Source: Chloroflexota bacterium | Lineage (GTDB): Bacteria > Chloroflexota > Anaerolineae > Aggregatilineales > Phototrophicaceae | DNA: 64,000 nt | Direction: 5' to 3' | Assembly (NCBI GenBank): GCA_028875245.1 | Contig: JAPPEU010000033.1 | Location: 24,992-88,991, forward strand | Shown: piece after piece, positions 1 through 9,600 of the stretch | How the letters are laid out: the number at the start of each line of letters is the position of its first letter | Position numbering within the stretch: position 1 is the stretch's first letter | Position numbers and translations under genes: made by a program | The notes under the pieces: generated by a model | Databases searched by the model: none | What the model was told of the DNA's origin: nothing | What the model saw: only the letters and a program-made list of their open reading frames with translations

Positions 1-155
1 CAATAACAGGCCGAGATTCTCATATCGCGCGCGCTGTTTCTGTTCTCGCTCCATTGTCGCCAGGATTCGGTCGGCGCTCCCAAATTGCACGTCCTCATAA
101 CCGCGCATCATCTCCGGTGGCGGCAGAGGACCCGAATAATAGGCAACATGTTGTT

Positions 156-410
156 CTATTCGGACGAATTCGCGTTCTTGGGATTGGTCGGGCATGTCTT
201 TTCTCTGGGACGTTCTTCGTAGGTCGTAAATGTACGAGCATGCACACCCATCGCATCGTACAAATAGCCGCCAACCGTTTCCCAATCTTCGCGCAGCGCC
301 TCAGCGTCAGCTTCCGCAGCGGTTTCGGCAAAGAGACGCCGGTTCAGCACATCAATCCAACTGAACAAGCCGCCGAAACCACGTATGAACGCATTTGTTC
401 TGGCCGCCAT
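156..410 (-). CDS. small hypothetical protein, tandem paralog A (C-terminal 'EALREDWETVGGYL' motif)
   Basis: ATG at 410 is preceded by GGAG (GGAGCATAACATG). It shares the N-terminal 'MA...N.F' and a C-terminal D-W-E-x-V-G-x-x-L motif with the neighbouring ORF at 463..685. No family recognised. Confidence 0.4.
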   Translation of the reverse strand: MAARTNAFIRGFGGLFSWIDVLNRRLFAETAAEADAEALREDWETVGGYLYDAMGVHARTFTTYEERPREKTCPTNPKNANSSE

Positions 411-462
411 GTTATGCTCCTCGGTTTTGCTCGCCACTTGCACTTGGAGTTCTGCTAACGCC

Positions 463-685
463 TTATGCCTTGCGCCTTTCATGCTCGCCAATGGCAAGCC
501 ATAGATCTGCGCCCACCGCTTCCCAATCGGCGCGCATATCGTCTGCGATTTGAACGAGACAGAATTTCGTCACTGAACTCTTTAGTCTCTGAATGAGTGA
601 AATCCAGCAAGCTGGCAATCCCGCGCAGTATGCTGTATTTTGGAAGACAGAATGAATTCGCGATTTTGTTCTTGTCGAATGCCAT
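463..685 (-). pseudogene. tandem paralog B of the small protein; reading frame broken near 560-570
   Basis: ATG at 685 has a GAGGAAGAT RBS and gives MAFDKNKIANSF... The conserved C-terminal motif (QIADDMRADWEAVGADLWLAI) lies in a different frame (track ORF 463..696). One indel would restore a ~74-aa protein. Confidence 0.35.
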
Positions 686-820
686 ATCTTCCTCACAACT
701 CTGGTCGTAGCATAAGTTCATCATGATTAACAACCATACTGTAGCACATTTTCTATCTATCCCATAGATCGCTTATAGTCAGCGCCGCCCTATTTCAATA
801 AGGTCAAATCCCCTGCTTTA

Positions 821-1075
821 TCAAACGCGCCCATTCATCCGCGAGACAGGCCCATGAAACACCCCATTAACTGCGGCGACAGCCTGGAAATTGCCCCCAA
901 ACAGCAGCCCCGCGCTCGCCTCAAACGCCTGCTCGTCCGGCAGCGATGTCAAATAATGGGACGCCCATCACCCAGCCGATTTAGCTCGGAACGCTCCCAC
1001 CGCGCCAACTCATCCGACGCCGACTTGGCAGATGAAGCCTCTCCTTCCTCATGGCGAAGGGATTTGAGGTGGGGA
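821..1075 (-). pseudogene. decayed 3'-terminal fragment of an HK97-type portal gene
   Basis: Minus-strand translation gives AKSASDELARWERSELNRLGDGRPII. After a frameshift it gives LTSLPDEQAFEASAGLLFGG..., which aligns with the last ~70 aa of the portal at 9970..11382 (VAKSVLDELAQWERFALNRLE...TSLPDELAFEVSAGLLFAR). Nucleotide-level similarity is visible. The first ~400 codons are absent. Confidence 0.55.
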
Positions 1076-1114
1076 CTGAAGTCCTTCTGCAACGGGCGAC
1101 TCACAGATCCGCCC

Positions 1115-2266
1115 CTAGATTCTTGCATTCTGGCGGGTGAAACAATCCTCGATGACCGGCTCCAGCTGTTCCAGTGCTTGCGGCAGGCTTCGCCGTCCCA
1201 AGCCAAGGCGGAAGGTGTTGCCCTCAAAGAGCATGACTTCCGCGGGCAAGACCATGACGCCGGCCTCGCGCAAGGCGGCATCGGCGAAGTCGCTGACCGG
1301 CATATCCGCCGTCAGCTCCGCCAGCGTGATCGTGCCGCATTGAGGATACACGATCCAGAACAGATCGCGATGACGCCCGAAGTATTCGCGGCAGAAGTCG
1401 ATGTTCGCCCTGACGATATCGATGCTGCGCGCACAAAGCGCCTCGCGGTTCTCCAGCGCGATCAACGCCAGGATTTCACTGGGCGCGCTGCCGCAGATAG
1501 TCGTGTAGCTCTTCATCTCTTGCAATTCGTGGCTCAGGCCGGCGTCGCGCGTGACCAGCCAACCGACGCGCAGACCGGGCAGCCCGAAGCATTTTGACAA
1601 TCCGCCAAGCACAATCGCCCGCTCGTAAAGCTCGCAGGCCGATGGCAGGCGCAGGCTCGCGTCATGCTCGGTGAAGCGGTAAATCTCGTCCGAGAAGAGG
1701 ATCAGGTTCTGCCGGCGCGCCAATTCAACCACGCGCTCGAAATCGGCGCGGCTCGGCAGATAGCCGCTGGGATTATGCGGGAAGTTGATGATGAGCATGC
1801 GAGTGTCGGGGCGTATCAGGCCCTCCAGCTCTTCGACGTCAAAATGCCAGCCCGTCTCGGTCCGCCGCTGCTCCCAAAAGGAGAGCTCGCAGCCGGTCGC
1901 GCGCGCAATCTCCCAGAGCGATTGAAAGCTCGGCTGCATCACCACCACGTGATCGCCCGCATTGAGCAGGCTGTTCATGGGCAGGAAGACGCCTTCCTCC
2001 GGCACCACCTCGATGACATCGCGCGCGTCGATGCCGGCGTGCATATCGGCGATATGAGCGCGCAATTCGGGATGCCCCTGCGTCTCGGTATAACCCAGCC
2101 AGAGCGTCTCGAATTGCTGGCGGCGTTCGGGGCTGGCATAGCCCAGCAATTCATCCAGCGTCAGCGGCTCGCTGTCCGATTGGCTGATGCCGTAAGGCGC
2201 GCTGAATTCGTGCTGGCGGAAGAAGTTCTCGATCTTGAAAGGGGCGAATTTCATGCTGTTCACCAT
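1115..2266 (-). CDS. PLP-dependent aminotransferase, class I/II fold
   Basis: 383-aa ORF. It has the 'LGGLSKCFGLPGLRVGW' PLP-lysine region, 'NFPHNPSG', and the typical length and architecture. The start could be 2254 (MKFAPF). Confidence 0.85.
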   Translation of the reverse strand: MVNSMKFAPFKIENFFRQHEFSAPYGISQSDSEPLTLDELLGYASPERRQQFETLWLGYTETQGHPELRAHIADMHAGIDARDVIEVVPEEGVFLPMNSLLNAGDHVVVMQPSFQSLWEIARATGCELSFWEQRRTETGWHFDVEELEGLIRPDTRMLIINFPHNPSGYLPSRADFERVVELARRQNLILFSDEIYRFTEHDASLRLPSACELYERAIVLGGLSKCFGLPGLRVGWLVTRDAGLSHELQEMKSYTTICGSAPSEILALIALENREALCARSIDIVRANIDFCREYFGRHRDLFWIVYPQCGTITLAELTADMPVSDFADAALREAGVMVLPAEVMLFEGNTFRLGLGRRSLPQALEQLEPVIEDCFTRQNARI

Positions 2267-2292
2267 TCAGGCGGCTTGGGTAGATTTGATTT

Positions 2293-2369
2293 AACCACAG
2301 AGGACGCAGAGGGCACAGAGGGATTTCGGCGCTTGCTCGCATAATTAGGGGCGACATAGCATGTCGCCC
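2293..2369. repeat. octamer-repeat module (ACCACAGAGG..CACAGAGGG) plus GC hairpin GGGGCGACATAGCATGTCGCCC
   Basis: Same motifs recur at many intergenic sites in this window. Confidence 0.7.
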
Positions 2370-2385
2370 GCTCGCTATCCTGAAT

Positions 2386-3132
2386 TTATGTTGGAGCGAC
2401 CTCGATGCAGACGCCGTTGTGGTCGCTGAGCCGCGTGCCGTCTTCGGCGAAACGACTTATAAAGCGTATAGATCTCAACACAATATCTTTACTCAACGCG
2501 ATATGGTCGATGAAGCGTTTATCCAAACTGGGATCGGGAGACTCGCCCGCGGTCGGGATATTCCAGTCGGTGAAGGTTGCCGCGCATTTCTGGCTGACAG
2601 CCTTGGTTTGGCCTGAGGTTTTGCCACGCGGGATATGTAGGTTGTAATCGCCAAGCAGAATGGTTCGCTGTCGAAAGCGAACTTGCGGAAGAACCTCGTG
2701 TCTGAGGACGTCCAAGTATATCTCCGCGCCCTGCCACTGACGCATAGTCGTATCGCCCCAATATTTTCTGTTGGCGCGATAGCCGAAGTAGGGAATACAC
2801 ATGCCCGCGAATCGCCATCGCACACCATCAGTAACGGTATTCGCGCTGGCGAAACGGCCCTCAGGCAAATCGGGCGACCCGATAACATCGACATCACCCC
2901 ATTCGTTGCGACTCCAAAGCAATACTTTGCGAGCGCCGTCCGCTTCCGCTTTGATGCGTCCCGATACCTTGCTTTTGATCAGATAACCGCCATCAGGCAA
3001 GCTCTCCGGAAAAGCTTCGGTCAAGCAAATGACATCCGCGTTGCAATCCGCTATCGTTGCGCGTATAAGCTCAAACTTGTCCGATTTGGCGCGCGGGCTA
3101 ACGAATTCCGTATTCCAATTCAGAATCTTCAT
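2386..3132 (-). CDS. endonuclease/exonuclease/phosphatase (EEP) family protein
   Basis: MKILNWNTEF... 'DVICLTE' and C-terminal 'SDHNGV' motifs typical of the EEP fold. ATG at 3132 lies 7 nt after the stop of the upstream gene. Confidence 0.75.
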   Translation of the reverse strand: MKILNWNTEFVSPRAKSDKFELIRATIADCNADVICLTEAFPESLPDGGYLIKSKVSGRIKAEADGARKVLLWSRNEWGDVDVIGSPDLPEGRFASANTVTDGVRWRFAGMCIPYFGYRANRKYWGDTTMRQWQGAEIYLDVLRHEVLPQVRFRQRTILLGDYNLHIPRGKTSGQTKAVSQKCAATFTDWNIPTAGESPDPSLDKRFIDHIALSKDIVLRSIRFISRFAEDGTRLSDHNGVCIEVAPT

Positions 3133-3139
3133 GGTCGCG

Positions 3140-4906
3140 CTACAAGCCCGCTTTGTCGAGTTCATCCTGCAGGGCGGGCAGGCGCGCGAACTCCCGCCGC
3201 AAATCAGCAATGAGCCTTTGCCAGCCTGCGCTTTTGTTCATTTGTCGATACATCTCCCGGACCTCTCTCAATAGTTTTGCCGCCTGCGCATAATCCTTCC
3301 TGCTTCTAAGATCAATCTCGGCGCGGGCGTATTTGATGTAGATCGGGATGGCGAGGGCCGGTCGTACATGGCCTGATTTTTCCGCCACAGTGAAGTCGAG
3401 ACGGTAGATCACCTGCGAGGGATGATGATCCTGTCGCTGAGAAACTTTGCCTAAGGCATCCCAGGCCAAATCCCAATCTTCATCATGCAAATAGGCTTCG
3501 GCGAGTACCGCGTAAACCTCTTTCCGTTTGAGTTCGCTGATAACTTTTGGGCGGGTACTCCCCCAGCCCCCGACCGCTTCGGCCGCAGCGCGCAAACCGA
3601 TATAATGGTTGATATGCGGGTCTCTTCGCATCCGATTTAACTGCCAGCGAAATTCCGCTTTTCCATCACCTTGTTTCCGATACAAGTCGATAAGCCAGTC
3701 CGCAATTCGGCTGTCATAGTCGCTTTCCAACGCCGCTTCCGCCAGTTGAATCGCCCTTTGGTTCTGCCGATGCTCGACGAGCAAATCAAGTCCGCGCTGT
3801 AATTCATACGCGGGATGCAATTTCGCTACAACGCCGGCAGCCTCTTCATAACGTTTCAACTCAAGCAGCGCGCTGGCTTGTGAATAATGCAACTCTTTCG
3901 CTTGAAGCCGTTTGAGTGTTTCTTCAGGATCGGTCGAATCAATCTTGTCTAATGCCATCAAAAAATACTCATAAGCCTCGCCAGTCCAATTGCTGTAATA
4001 TTCTTCTTCGCTTTTACGCTCCTCAGCCAAGCGAATGCGCTCACGGATGCGGGGGGTATCAGCCGGCTGCGCGATTTCCAGGATAATCTCATCCGCTTCA
4101 TCCGCATAGCCAATCCCGCCAAAGTCGATATCCCATATCACTGCGCCCGTCAGCAGATCGAGCAGGCCTTGGCGCAAATCTTCATGTTGATCCATATCAA
4201 GATGAGAAAGGGCTTCTTGCAAGCGGGAGACGGTGTTGTTGATCGCCTCAATGTATTGCCCTTCATCATCCGTTGGATAGGCATTGGCGTTGCATTCTTC
4301 GAGAATGGCGCAATAGATGGCAATGGCATGGACGTAATCGCCGCGCCAGGCATAGCGATCGCCCAGGCTGGCGAGTTCGTAGACCTTGTTTTCGGCGACG
4401 CGATCCATCCATTCTCCGCCAAAGTCTAAAGCCGCCTTTAATTCACGGTGAATGGCTGTTAAGTCAATGAGTTGGTTTGGAAAGCCATCGACTGTCGCGT
4501 GTTCAACAATATCTTCAAGATCAGGGTAGCGTACAATCATCGCTTCAATGATGTCAAGCAAATCCCGTTTCTCGCGCGACATGAGTTCATCCCGCAGAGT
4601 CTTGCGCTTCTCAAAATGTTCTGGCTGGCGCAAATACGCGAGCAGCATGGCGACGATATGCTTGCAGTCCCCGCCCCAATCATATTCGCAGCTGCAACTT
4701 GCGGCGGCAATTTCCGCGTCTATGAATTTTGCCCATACTCGATAGGGTTGAGCATAGGATCCTTGGCAGCGCGCGCTGATCTCATCGCCTCGGCGAACGG
4801 GCGAAGAGATAGCGCCATTCTCATAAAGCGTTTTGCCACGGTCAAAACTTTTGCCAACAGTACGCTCTGTAATCTGCTGAAGGTCTAAGCTGATTTCAAC
4901 GGACAC
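3140..4906 (-). CDS. SWIM zinc-finger protein with long helical-repeat (TPR-like) C-terminal region
   Basis: CxC-x7-CxH signature 'CSCEYDWGGDCKHIVAMLL' follows an N-terminal beta region, then ~450 aa of helical repeats. Confidence 0.75.
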   Translation of the reverse strand: MSVEISLDLQQITERTVGKSFDRGKTLYENGAISSPVRRGDEISARCQGSYAQPYRVWAKFIDAEIAAASCSCEYDWGGDCKHIVAMLLAYLRQPEHFEKRKTLRDELMSREKRDLLDIIEAMIVRYPDLEDIVEHATVDGFPNQLIDLTAIHRELKAALDFGGEWMDRVAENKVYELASLGDRYAWRGDYVHAIAIYCAILEECNANAYPTDDEGQYIEAINNTVSRLQEALSHLDMDQHEDLRQGLLDLLTGAVIWDIDFGGIGYADEADEIILEIAQPADTPRIRERIRLAEERKSEEEYYSNWTGEAYEYFLMALDKIDSTDPEETLKRLQAKELHYSQASALLELKRYEEAAGVVAKLHPAYELQRGLDLLVEHRQNQRAIQLAEAALESDYDSRIADWLIDLYRKQGDGKAEFRWQLNRMRRDPHINHYIGLRAAAEAVGGWGSTRPKVISELKRKEVYAVLAEAYLHDEDWDLAWDALGKVSQRQDHHPSQVIYRLDFTVAEKSGHVRPALAIPIYIKYARAEIDLRSRKDYAQAAKLLREVREMYRQMNKSAGWQRLIADLRREFARLPALQDELDKAGL

Positions 4907-4930
4907 AGCTTCTCTATCCCATTCTTTCTT

Positions 4931-5620
4931 TCACCAGTCCAGCGGCTGCTCATCGCGGAAGAAGCCGCCCGTCGGTCCATCATCGGGCAGAGTCGCCGCC
5001 CAGACGATGCCGGCCGCGCCTTCGGGGATGGGTCGCCCGCCGGGATTGTTCGGGTCTGTCGCCACCCAGCCCGGGCAGACGGCATTGACCAGCGCGCCGT
5101 CCTCTTTCAGTTCAGCCGCCAGCATCCGCGTCAAGGCATTGAGGGCCGCTTTGCTGGCGATGTAGGCCGGCGGACCGGCGCCCAGGCTGCTGAGGGCGGC
5201 CGCGCCGCTGCTGACGTTGACGATGCGCGGACGCTCGCTCTTTTTCAGCAGGGGCGCGAAGGCACTGGTTACGCGCCAGGGTCCGTAGAGGTTGGTTTCG
5301 GCTGCTTCGCGCACGGTGCTAAAGTCTGCCTCCAGCGCCGTCTGCCAGTAATCGTAGTGCCCGCCAGCATTGTTCACCAGCACATCCAGCACGCCATATT
5401 GCCGCGCCACGGCATCGCGGGCTTGTTTGACGCTCGCCTCATCGGTGACGTCAAGCTGCAGCGGGTAGATACGGTCGTGGCCAAGATCATTGACGGCGGC
5501 TTCCGCTTTCTCCCTGTCGCGCGCTGACAGCAGCGTATGGCAGCCGGCTTGCGCCAATTGCAGGCAGACTTCTTTGCCGATGCCTCGGTTGGCGCCCGTG
5601 ACCAGCGCGATCCTGCTCAT
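4931..5620 (-). CDS. short-chain dehydrogenase/reductase (SDR)
   Basis: 'VTGANRGIG' dinucleotide motif, 'NNAG', and catalytic 'YIASKAAL'. Confidence 0.85.
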   Translation of the reverse strand: MSRIALVTGANRGIGKEVCLQLAQAGCHTLLSARDREKAEAAVNDLGHDRIYPLQLDVTDEASVKQARDAVARQYGVLDVLVNNAGGHYDYWQTALEADFSTVREAAETNLYGPWRVTSAFAPLLKKSERPRIVNVSSGAAALSSLGAGPPAYIASKAALNALTRMLAAELKEDGALVNAVCPGWVATDPNNPGGRPIPEGAAGIVWAATLPDDGPTGGFFRDEQPLDW

Positions 5621-5643
5621 GAGTTTCTTCCTCTCAATTGGGC

Positions 5644-6786
5644 TTACAGCCTCTCTCGCAGCATGGCCGCCATGATCGCCGCCCGTTCCGGCAGCGACGA
5701 GATTTCGCCATATTCGTTTATCGCGTGGCCGCCTTCGCCGACCATGCCCATGCCATCGAGCGTGGGCACACCCAGCGCCGCCGTCTTGTTGCCGTCGGAG
5801 CCGCCGCCGGTGCGCCCCTCTTCCAGGACGATGCCCATCTCGGCCGCCAGCGTTTGCGCCCGCTTGAACAGCGCCGCGATCTCGGGGCTGCGCTCCATCG
5901 GCGGGACGCCGACGCCGCCTTCGATTATGATTTCCGCTTCTGGATGAACAGCCCGCAAGTTCATCATTTTCTCGTGAATCGCCTGCTGGTTGACGCGGGT
6001 CCAGGCGCGCACGTTGACCTCAACCATCGCTTCCGCCGGCACGACATTGGCGCGCGTGCCGCCGCTGATGACGCCGACGTTGGCGGTTGTGCCGATGGCA
6101 TAATCCGTCATCGCTTCCACCGCTATCACCTGATGCGCGATTTCTTCAATCGCGTTGACGCCATGCTCATGATCGGCGCCTGAATGCGCGGCGCGCCCCC
6201 TGGCCCGAATCGTGTATTGGCTGACGCCTTTGCGCTGTGTTTTGTAGGCGCCGTCCTGGGGCGGCTCGGTCACGAAGACGACATTGTGCGCGAGCGCCTC
6301 GCTTTCGATTTCCGCGCTGGAATGCTTGCTGCCGGTTTCTTCATCGGAATTGAGCAGGTAGCTGATGGGCTGACGGGGGAAGCGCTCAAGCGCGCGCAGG
6401 GCCCGCAGCGCCCAGAGCGCGATGACGATGCCGCCTTTCATGTCCATGGCGCCGACGCCATACAAGCGATCGCCCTCGATGCGCGTCGGCCGGCCGGCCA
6501 CCGTGCCGACATCCCAGACCGTGTCCATGTGGCTCATGATAAGCAGACCGCCCTCGCCCGGGTTCCAGCGGGCGCGCAGGACATCGCCGACCTCGGTTTT
6601 GGGCAGGACCTCGACCGCGCCGCCCAGCCCGCGCAGTTCCGCCGCCAGCGCCTTGCCCAGCGCATCGACAGCGGCCTTGTTTGTCGTGGGGGATTCCAGC
6701 GCGATGAAGCGCTTCAAATCAGCGACCATGTTTGGGCTATGCTCGCGCAGGTAGGTCAGGATGCGTCGGTTGTCGTCAGCGGTCAT
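5644..6786 (-). CDS. M20 family metallopeptidase (carboxypeptidase G2-like)
   Basis: 'SHMDTVW', 'GAMDMKGG', 'NSDEETGS' and 'GGSDGN' motifs. 380 aa. Confidence 0.85.
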   Translation of the reverse strand: MTADDNRRILTYLREHSPNMVADLKRFIALESPTTNKAAVDALGKALAAELRGLGGAVEVLPKTEVGDVLRARWNPGEGGLLIMSHMDTVWDVGTVAGRPTRIEGDRLYGVGAMDMKGGIVIALWALRALRALERFPRQPISYLLNSDEETGSKHSSAEIESEALAHNVVFVTEPPQDGAYKTQRKGVSQYTIRARGRAAHSGADHEHGVNAIEEIAHQVIAVEAMTDYAIGTTANVGVISGGTRANVVPAEAMVEVNVRAWTRVNQQAIHEKMMNLRAVHPEAEIIIEGGVGVPPMERSPEIAALFKRAQTLAAEMGIVLEEGRTGGGSDGNKTAALGVPTLDGMGMVGEGGHAINEYGEISSLPERAAIMAAMLRERL

Positions 6787-6957
6787 GTGGCTGCTTTCCT
6801 CGTCTGATGAATAGTTGGGGAGAGTATACCACTGCGACTGCCAATCTCGCCCGCCGCCCGGCCCCCCGCCCGCAGATTTATTCGCCGCCCCGGCCGATTC
6901 GCAGCAATTGCGCCTGTTCGAGATATTTTGCGGTTAAGATATAAGCAGGAGGCGCAA

Positions 6958-7482
6958 ATGACGGACAGCACCCGCGTGAAAAGAAAGCTCGTGGCCGGCC
7001 TGGATGAGGGGCGAGCGGCGGCGCGCGCCTTTGTATCGAGGCTGCCGCCGGATTTGCCCGTGCATGAAGACTCTGATTGGACGGCGCGCGATCTCGTCAT
7101 CCATCTGACCGCCCTGGAATCCGATATGGTCAGGGCCGCGCATTGCGCCGTGGCCGGCGAGGCCTTCGCCGTCGAGCTGCGGGGGCAGGCGGATGCGCCC
7201 GCTCTCTACGAGTTGCGCCGGCGAGACATGGACGATCGCAGCTGGCATGACCTGCTGCGCGCCTGGGAGCGCGCGCGTGAGCAGCTGCGCAGCGTCGTCC
7301 TCGCGTTCCCGGGCGAAAAGATGCAAACGCGTTTCCCGACGCCCTTCTTTGAAGATTACGATTTGATCGCGGCGGTCCGCGCTTGTGAAGCGCACGAGCG
7401 GCTGCACCTGGCCGAGATGCGCGCGGCGCTGGCGCGGCATGTGAGCGCTGAGGACAGCGACGATATTGCGGGCGGCGAGTAA
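6958..7482 (+). CDS. DinB-like four-helix-bundle protein
   Basis: AGGAGG RBS before the ATG at 6958. 'WTARDLVIHLTALE' and C-terminal 'HERLHLAEM' His-containing helices are typical of the DinB_2/MDMPI-N fold. Confidence 0.55.
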   Translation: MTDSTRVKRKLVAGLDEGRAAARAFVSRLPPDLPVHEDSDWTARDLVIHLTALESDMVRAAHCAVAGEAFAVELRGQADAPALYELRRRDMDDRSWHDLLRAWERAREQLRSVVLAFPGEKMQTRFPTPFFEDYDLIAAVRACEAHERLHLAEMRAALARHVSAEDSDDIAGGE

Positions 7483-7606
7483 ACCTGTCTATGGAGGCGC
7501 CGTGCATGCGAGTCTGCTGAACCAGCGCCTTCTTCTGTATCGTTGGGACGCCTGGTATGATTTAGGCCTAATCGACACGCCGTCTTGGTCCAGCGCGCTG
7601 AAATCA

Positions 7607-8557
7607 ATGCTTCTGTTTCGTGCTATTACCGCTTTGCTCATCTGTCTCCTCGCGACCGTCGCCTCGGCGCAGGGCGAAATCCCGCCGGCCTTCCAGCCCG
7701 AACCGCGGCCCGTGCCCGCGTCCGTTCATGCGCTGGCGGATATCCGGCTGGAACTTTACTTCTCCTCGCTGAAACAGGGCGGCGTCGGGCTCCTGCGGCT
7801 CGATGGCGGCGGGGTCGCTGGCGCGCAGGCGGAAGTCCGCGGGGAGATCATCCCTTTTTTCCGACAGGATGGCGACGCGTGGTATGCGCTGGTCGCTGTC
7901 GACATGAACACAAGCCCAGGCGCCTATGCGCTGAATGTGCCGGTGCGGCGCGGCTCAGGCGATGTCAGCTTCGCGCTTGAACTGCGCGTCGAATCGGCCG
8001 GCTTCATCGCCCAAACGCTGGACTTGCCCGGCGACCGCGCCTGGCTTGAAGACGCCGAGATTGAGAATCAGGAATACGCTGCCCTCGACGCGCTCGCTTC
8101 GGCGATCAGCCCCGTCCCGCTTTGGGACGAGACCGGCTTTGAACTGCCGCATGCCAGCGAGCTGACCTCGCCCTTCGGCGCCTTCCGCCAATTGAGCAAC
8201 GAGCGGCGGACGCGGCACACCGGTTGGGATCAGAATCTGCCGAGCGGCAGTCCGGTGCGGGCGCTGGCGGCGGGCCTGGCGCGCTTCGCCGGGCAGCTCG
8301 ATATCCGGGGAAATTATGTATTGATCGACCACGGCCTCGGCCTCTACTCCGGTTATGCCCATTTCTCCGAACTGCATGTGGCGGCGGGCCAGCGGATTGA
8401 GGCCGGCGAGATCATTGGCTTTAGCGGCAACAGCGGCCGCAGCAGCGCGCCCCATCTGCATTGGGAGACGCTCCTGCGCGGCCATTGGGTGGACGGCGCC
8501 GCCTTGCTCGATATGTGGCTGCCAACGCCGAGTGCCAGCGTCGACGCGGCGAGTTGA
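7607..8557 (+). CDS. M23 family (LytM-type) peptidase, secreted
   Basis: Signal-like N-terminus MLLFRAITALLICLLATVASA. 'HTGWD' (HxxxD) and 'APHLHWE' (HxH) motifs. Confidence 0.8.
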   Translation: MLLFRAITALLICLLATVASAQGEIPPAFQPEPRPVPASVHALADIRLELYFSSLKQGGVGLLRLDGGGVAGAQAEVRGEIIPFFRQDGDAWYALVAVDMNTSPGAYALNVPVRRGSGDVSFALELRVESAGFIAQTLDLPGDRAWLEDAEIENQEYAALDALASAISPVPLWDETGFELPHASELTSPFGAFRQLSNERRTRHTGWDQNLPSGSPVRALAAGLARFAGQLDIRGNYVLIDHGLGLYSGYAHFSELHVAAGQRIEAGEIIGFSGNSGRSSAPHLHWETLLRGHWVDGAALLDMWLPTPSASVDAAS

Positions 8558-8620
8558 TAAGGTATATTTATGCCAAGCGTCAAACAAGGGTATAATGCTC
8601 AAATGACCGGCGGCGAGTTT

Positions 8621-8629
8621 TGGTATAAT
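8621..8629 (+). promoter_or_regulatory. extended -10 element TGGTATAAT upstream of the FHA gene
   Basis: Perfect TGnTATAAT about 90 nt upstream of the start at 8718. A second GGGTATAAT lies at ~8588. Confidence 0.35.
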
Positions 8630-8717
8630 TAGCTTTCTACGTGCCATGTCGCTCGCTGGGCGGTCCAGGGCGAGCATGACATCGTATTAGCGCCGCTCGC
8701 TGGCTGAGGAGGGCATC

Positions 8718-9530
8718 ATGCAGCAGAATGACAGCTTCCGTCTGGTCGTGCGGCGCGGGCCACAGCCCAACCACGCCTTTGAAATCAGCAAAGATGTCAC
8801 CACGCTGGGGCGCGATATCAGCAACGATATCGTGCTCAACGATCGCGAAACGAGCCGTCATCACCTGCGCCTGATGCTCGCCGGCGATACGCTGACGATT
8901 GAAGATCTCGGCTCGACCAATGGCACCTTCGTCAATGGCAAGCGCGTCTCCGGCGTGACGCCGCTGCAAAATGGCGACATGATCGGCCTGGGCGAGACGG
9001 TGACCCTGGCGCTGGAGAGCGTCAACACGGCGAGCAGCGCGCCGCCGCCCGCCATGGAAGCGCCCGCCCCGCTGCCCGCGCCGCCGGTGGAACCGGCCAT
9101 GCCCGCGCCGGAGCCAAATCTCACGCCGCCGCCCGCCGAATATGGCCTGCAAGGCGCGACGCCCCCACCAGCGGACCCCTATGCGCCAGCCGGCGAAGGT
9201 TTCCCGCCGCAGCAGCCGGCATACCCCGCTTATGCGGAACAGCCGGCCGCGCCAGCGCAGCAGCCCCAATATTATCCGCAGCAGCAAGCGGGTTACCAGA
9301 TGTCGCCGGCGCCGCCGCAAGGTTATCCCGGCTACGATTATGATCCCTACGCCGCGCGCGAGGAAAGCGGCGGCACATCGCCCTGGCTGATTCTCGGCTG
9401 CTTCGTCTTCTTCATTTTGGTCATCGTCTGCTTCGCCGGCATCGCCCTGACCTTGATCGATGTGCTCAATCTCTGGTGCGATCTGCCGGTGGTGCGGGAT
9501 GTCGTGCTGGCGCTCGGGTTTGGTTGTTGA
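8718..9530 (+). CDS. FHA-domain protein with Pro/Gln-rich linker and C-terminal membrane anchor
   Basis: 'TLGRDISNDIVLNDRETSRHHLRL...IEDLGSTNGTFVNGKRV' is a textbook FHA core. It is followed by a PAPxP/QQP low-complexity region and a hydrophobic C-terminus. Confidence 0.85.
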   Translation: MQQNDSFRLVVRRGPQPNHAFEISKDVTTLGRDISNDIVLNDRETSRHHLRLMLAGDTLTIEDLGSTNGTFVNGKRVSGVTPLQNGDMIGLGETVTLALESVNTASSAPPPAMEAPAPLPAPPVEPAMPAPEPNLTPPPAEYGLQGATPPPADPYAPAGEGFPPQQPAYPAYAEQPAAPAQQPQYYPQQQAGYQMSPAPPQGYPGYDYDPYAAREESGGTSPWLILGCFVFFILVIVCFAGIALTLIDVLNLWCDLPVVRDVVLALGFGC

Positions 9531-9600
9531 CAATTCTTGCACCCCCATCCCCGTCAGATTTGGATTTGTAGGGGGGCGCTGAAACGCCCGTTGCGACAGC

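Noticed and set aside
854-1597. 247-aa plus-strand ORF spanning the aminotransferase 3' end and the intergenic region
   Set aside because: It is antisense to the aminotransferase and to the portal fragment. Its composition is typical of a shadow ORF.
8637-9548. Long antisense or off-frame ORFs overlapping well-supported genes. Examples: 8637..9548, 9934..11127, 13549..14496, 17662..19014, 23101..24990, 32138..33319, 44998..46746, 52621..53877, 56388..57548.
   Set aside because: These are typical high-GC shadow ORFs. Their products are Arg/Ala/Gly/Pro-rich low-complexity translations without motifs. Each lies opposite a gene with clear family signatures.
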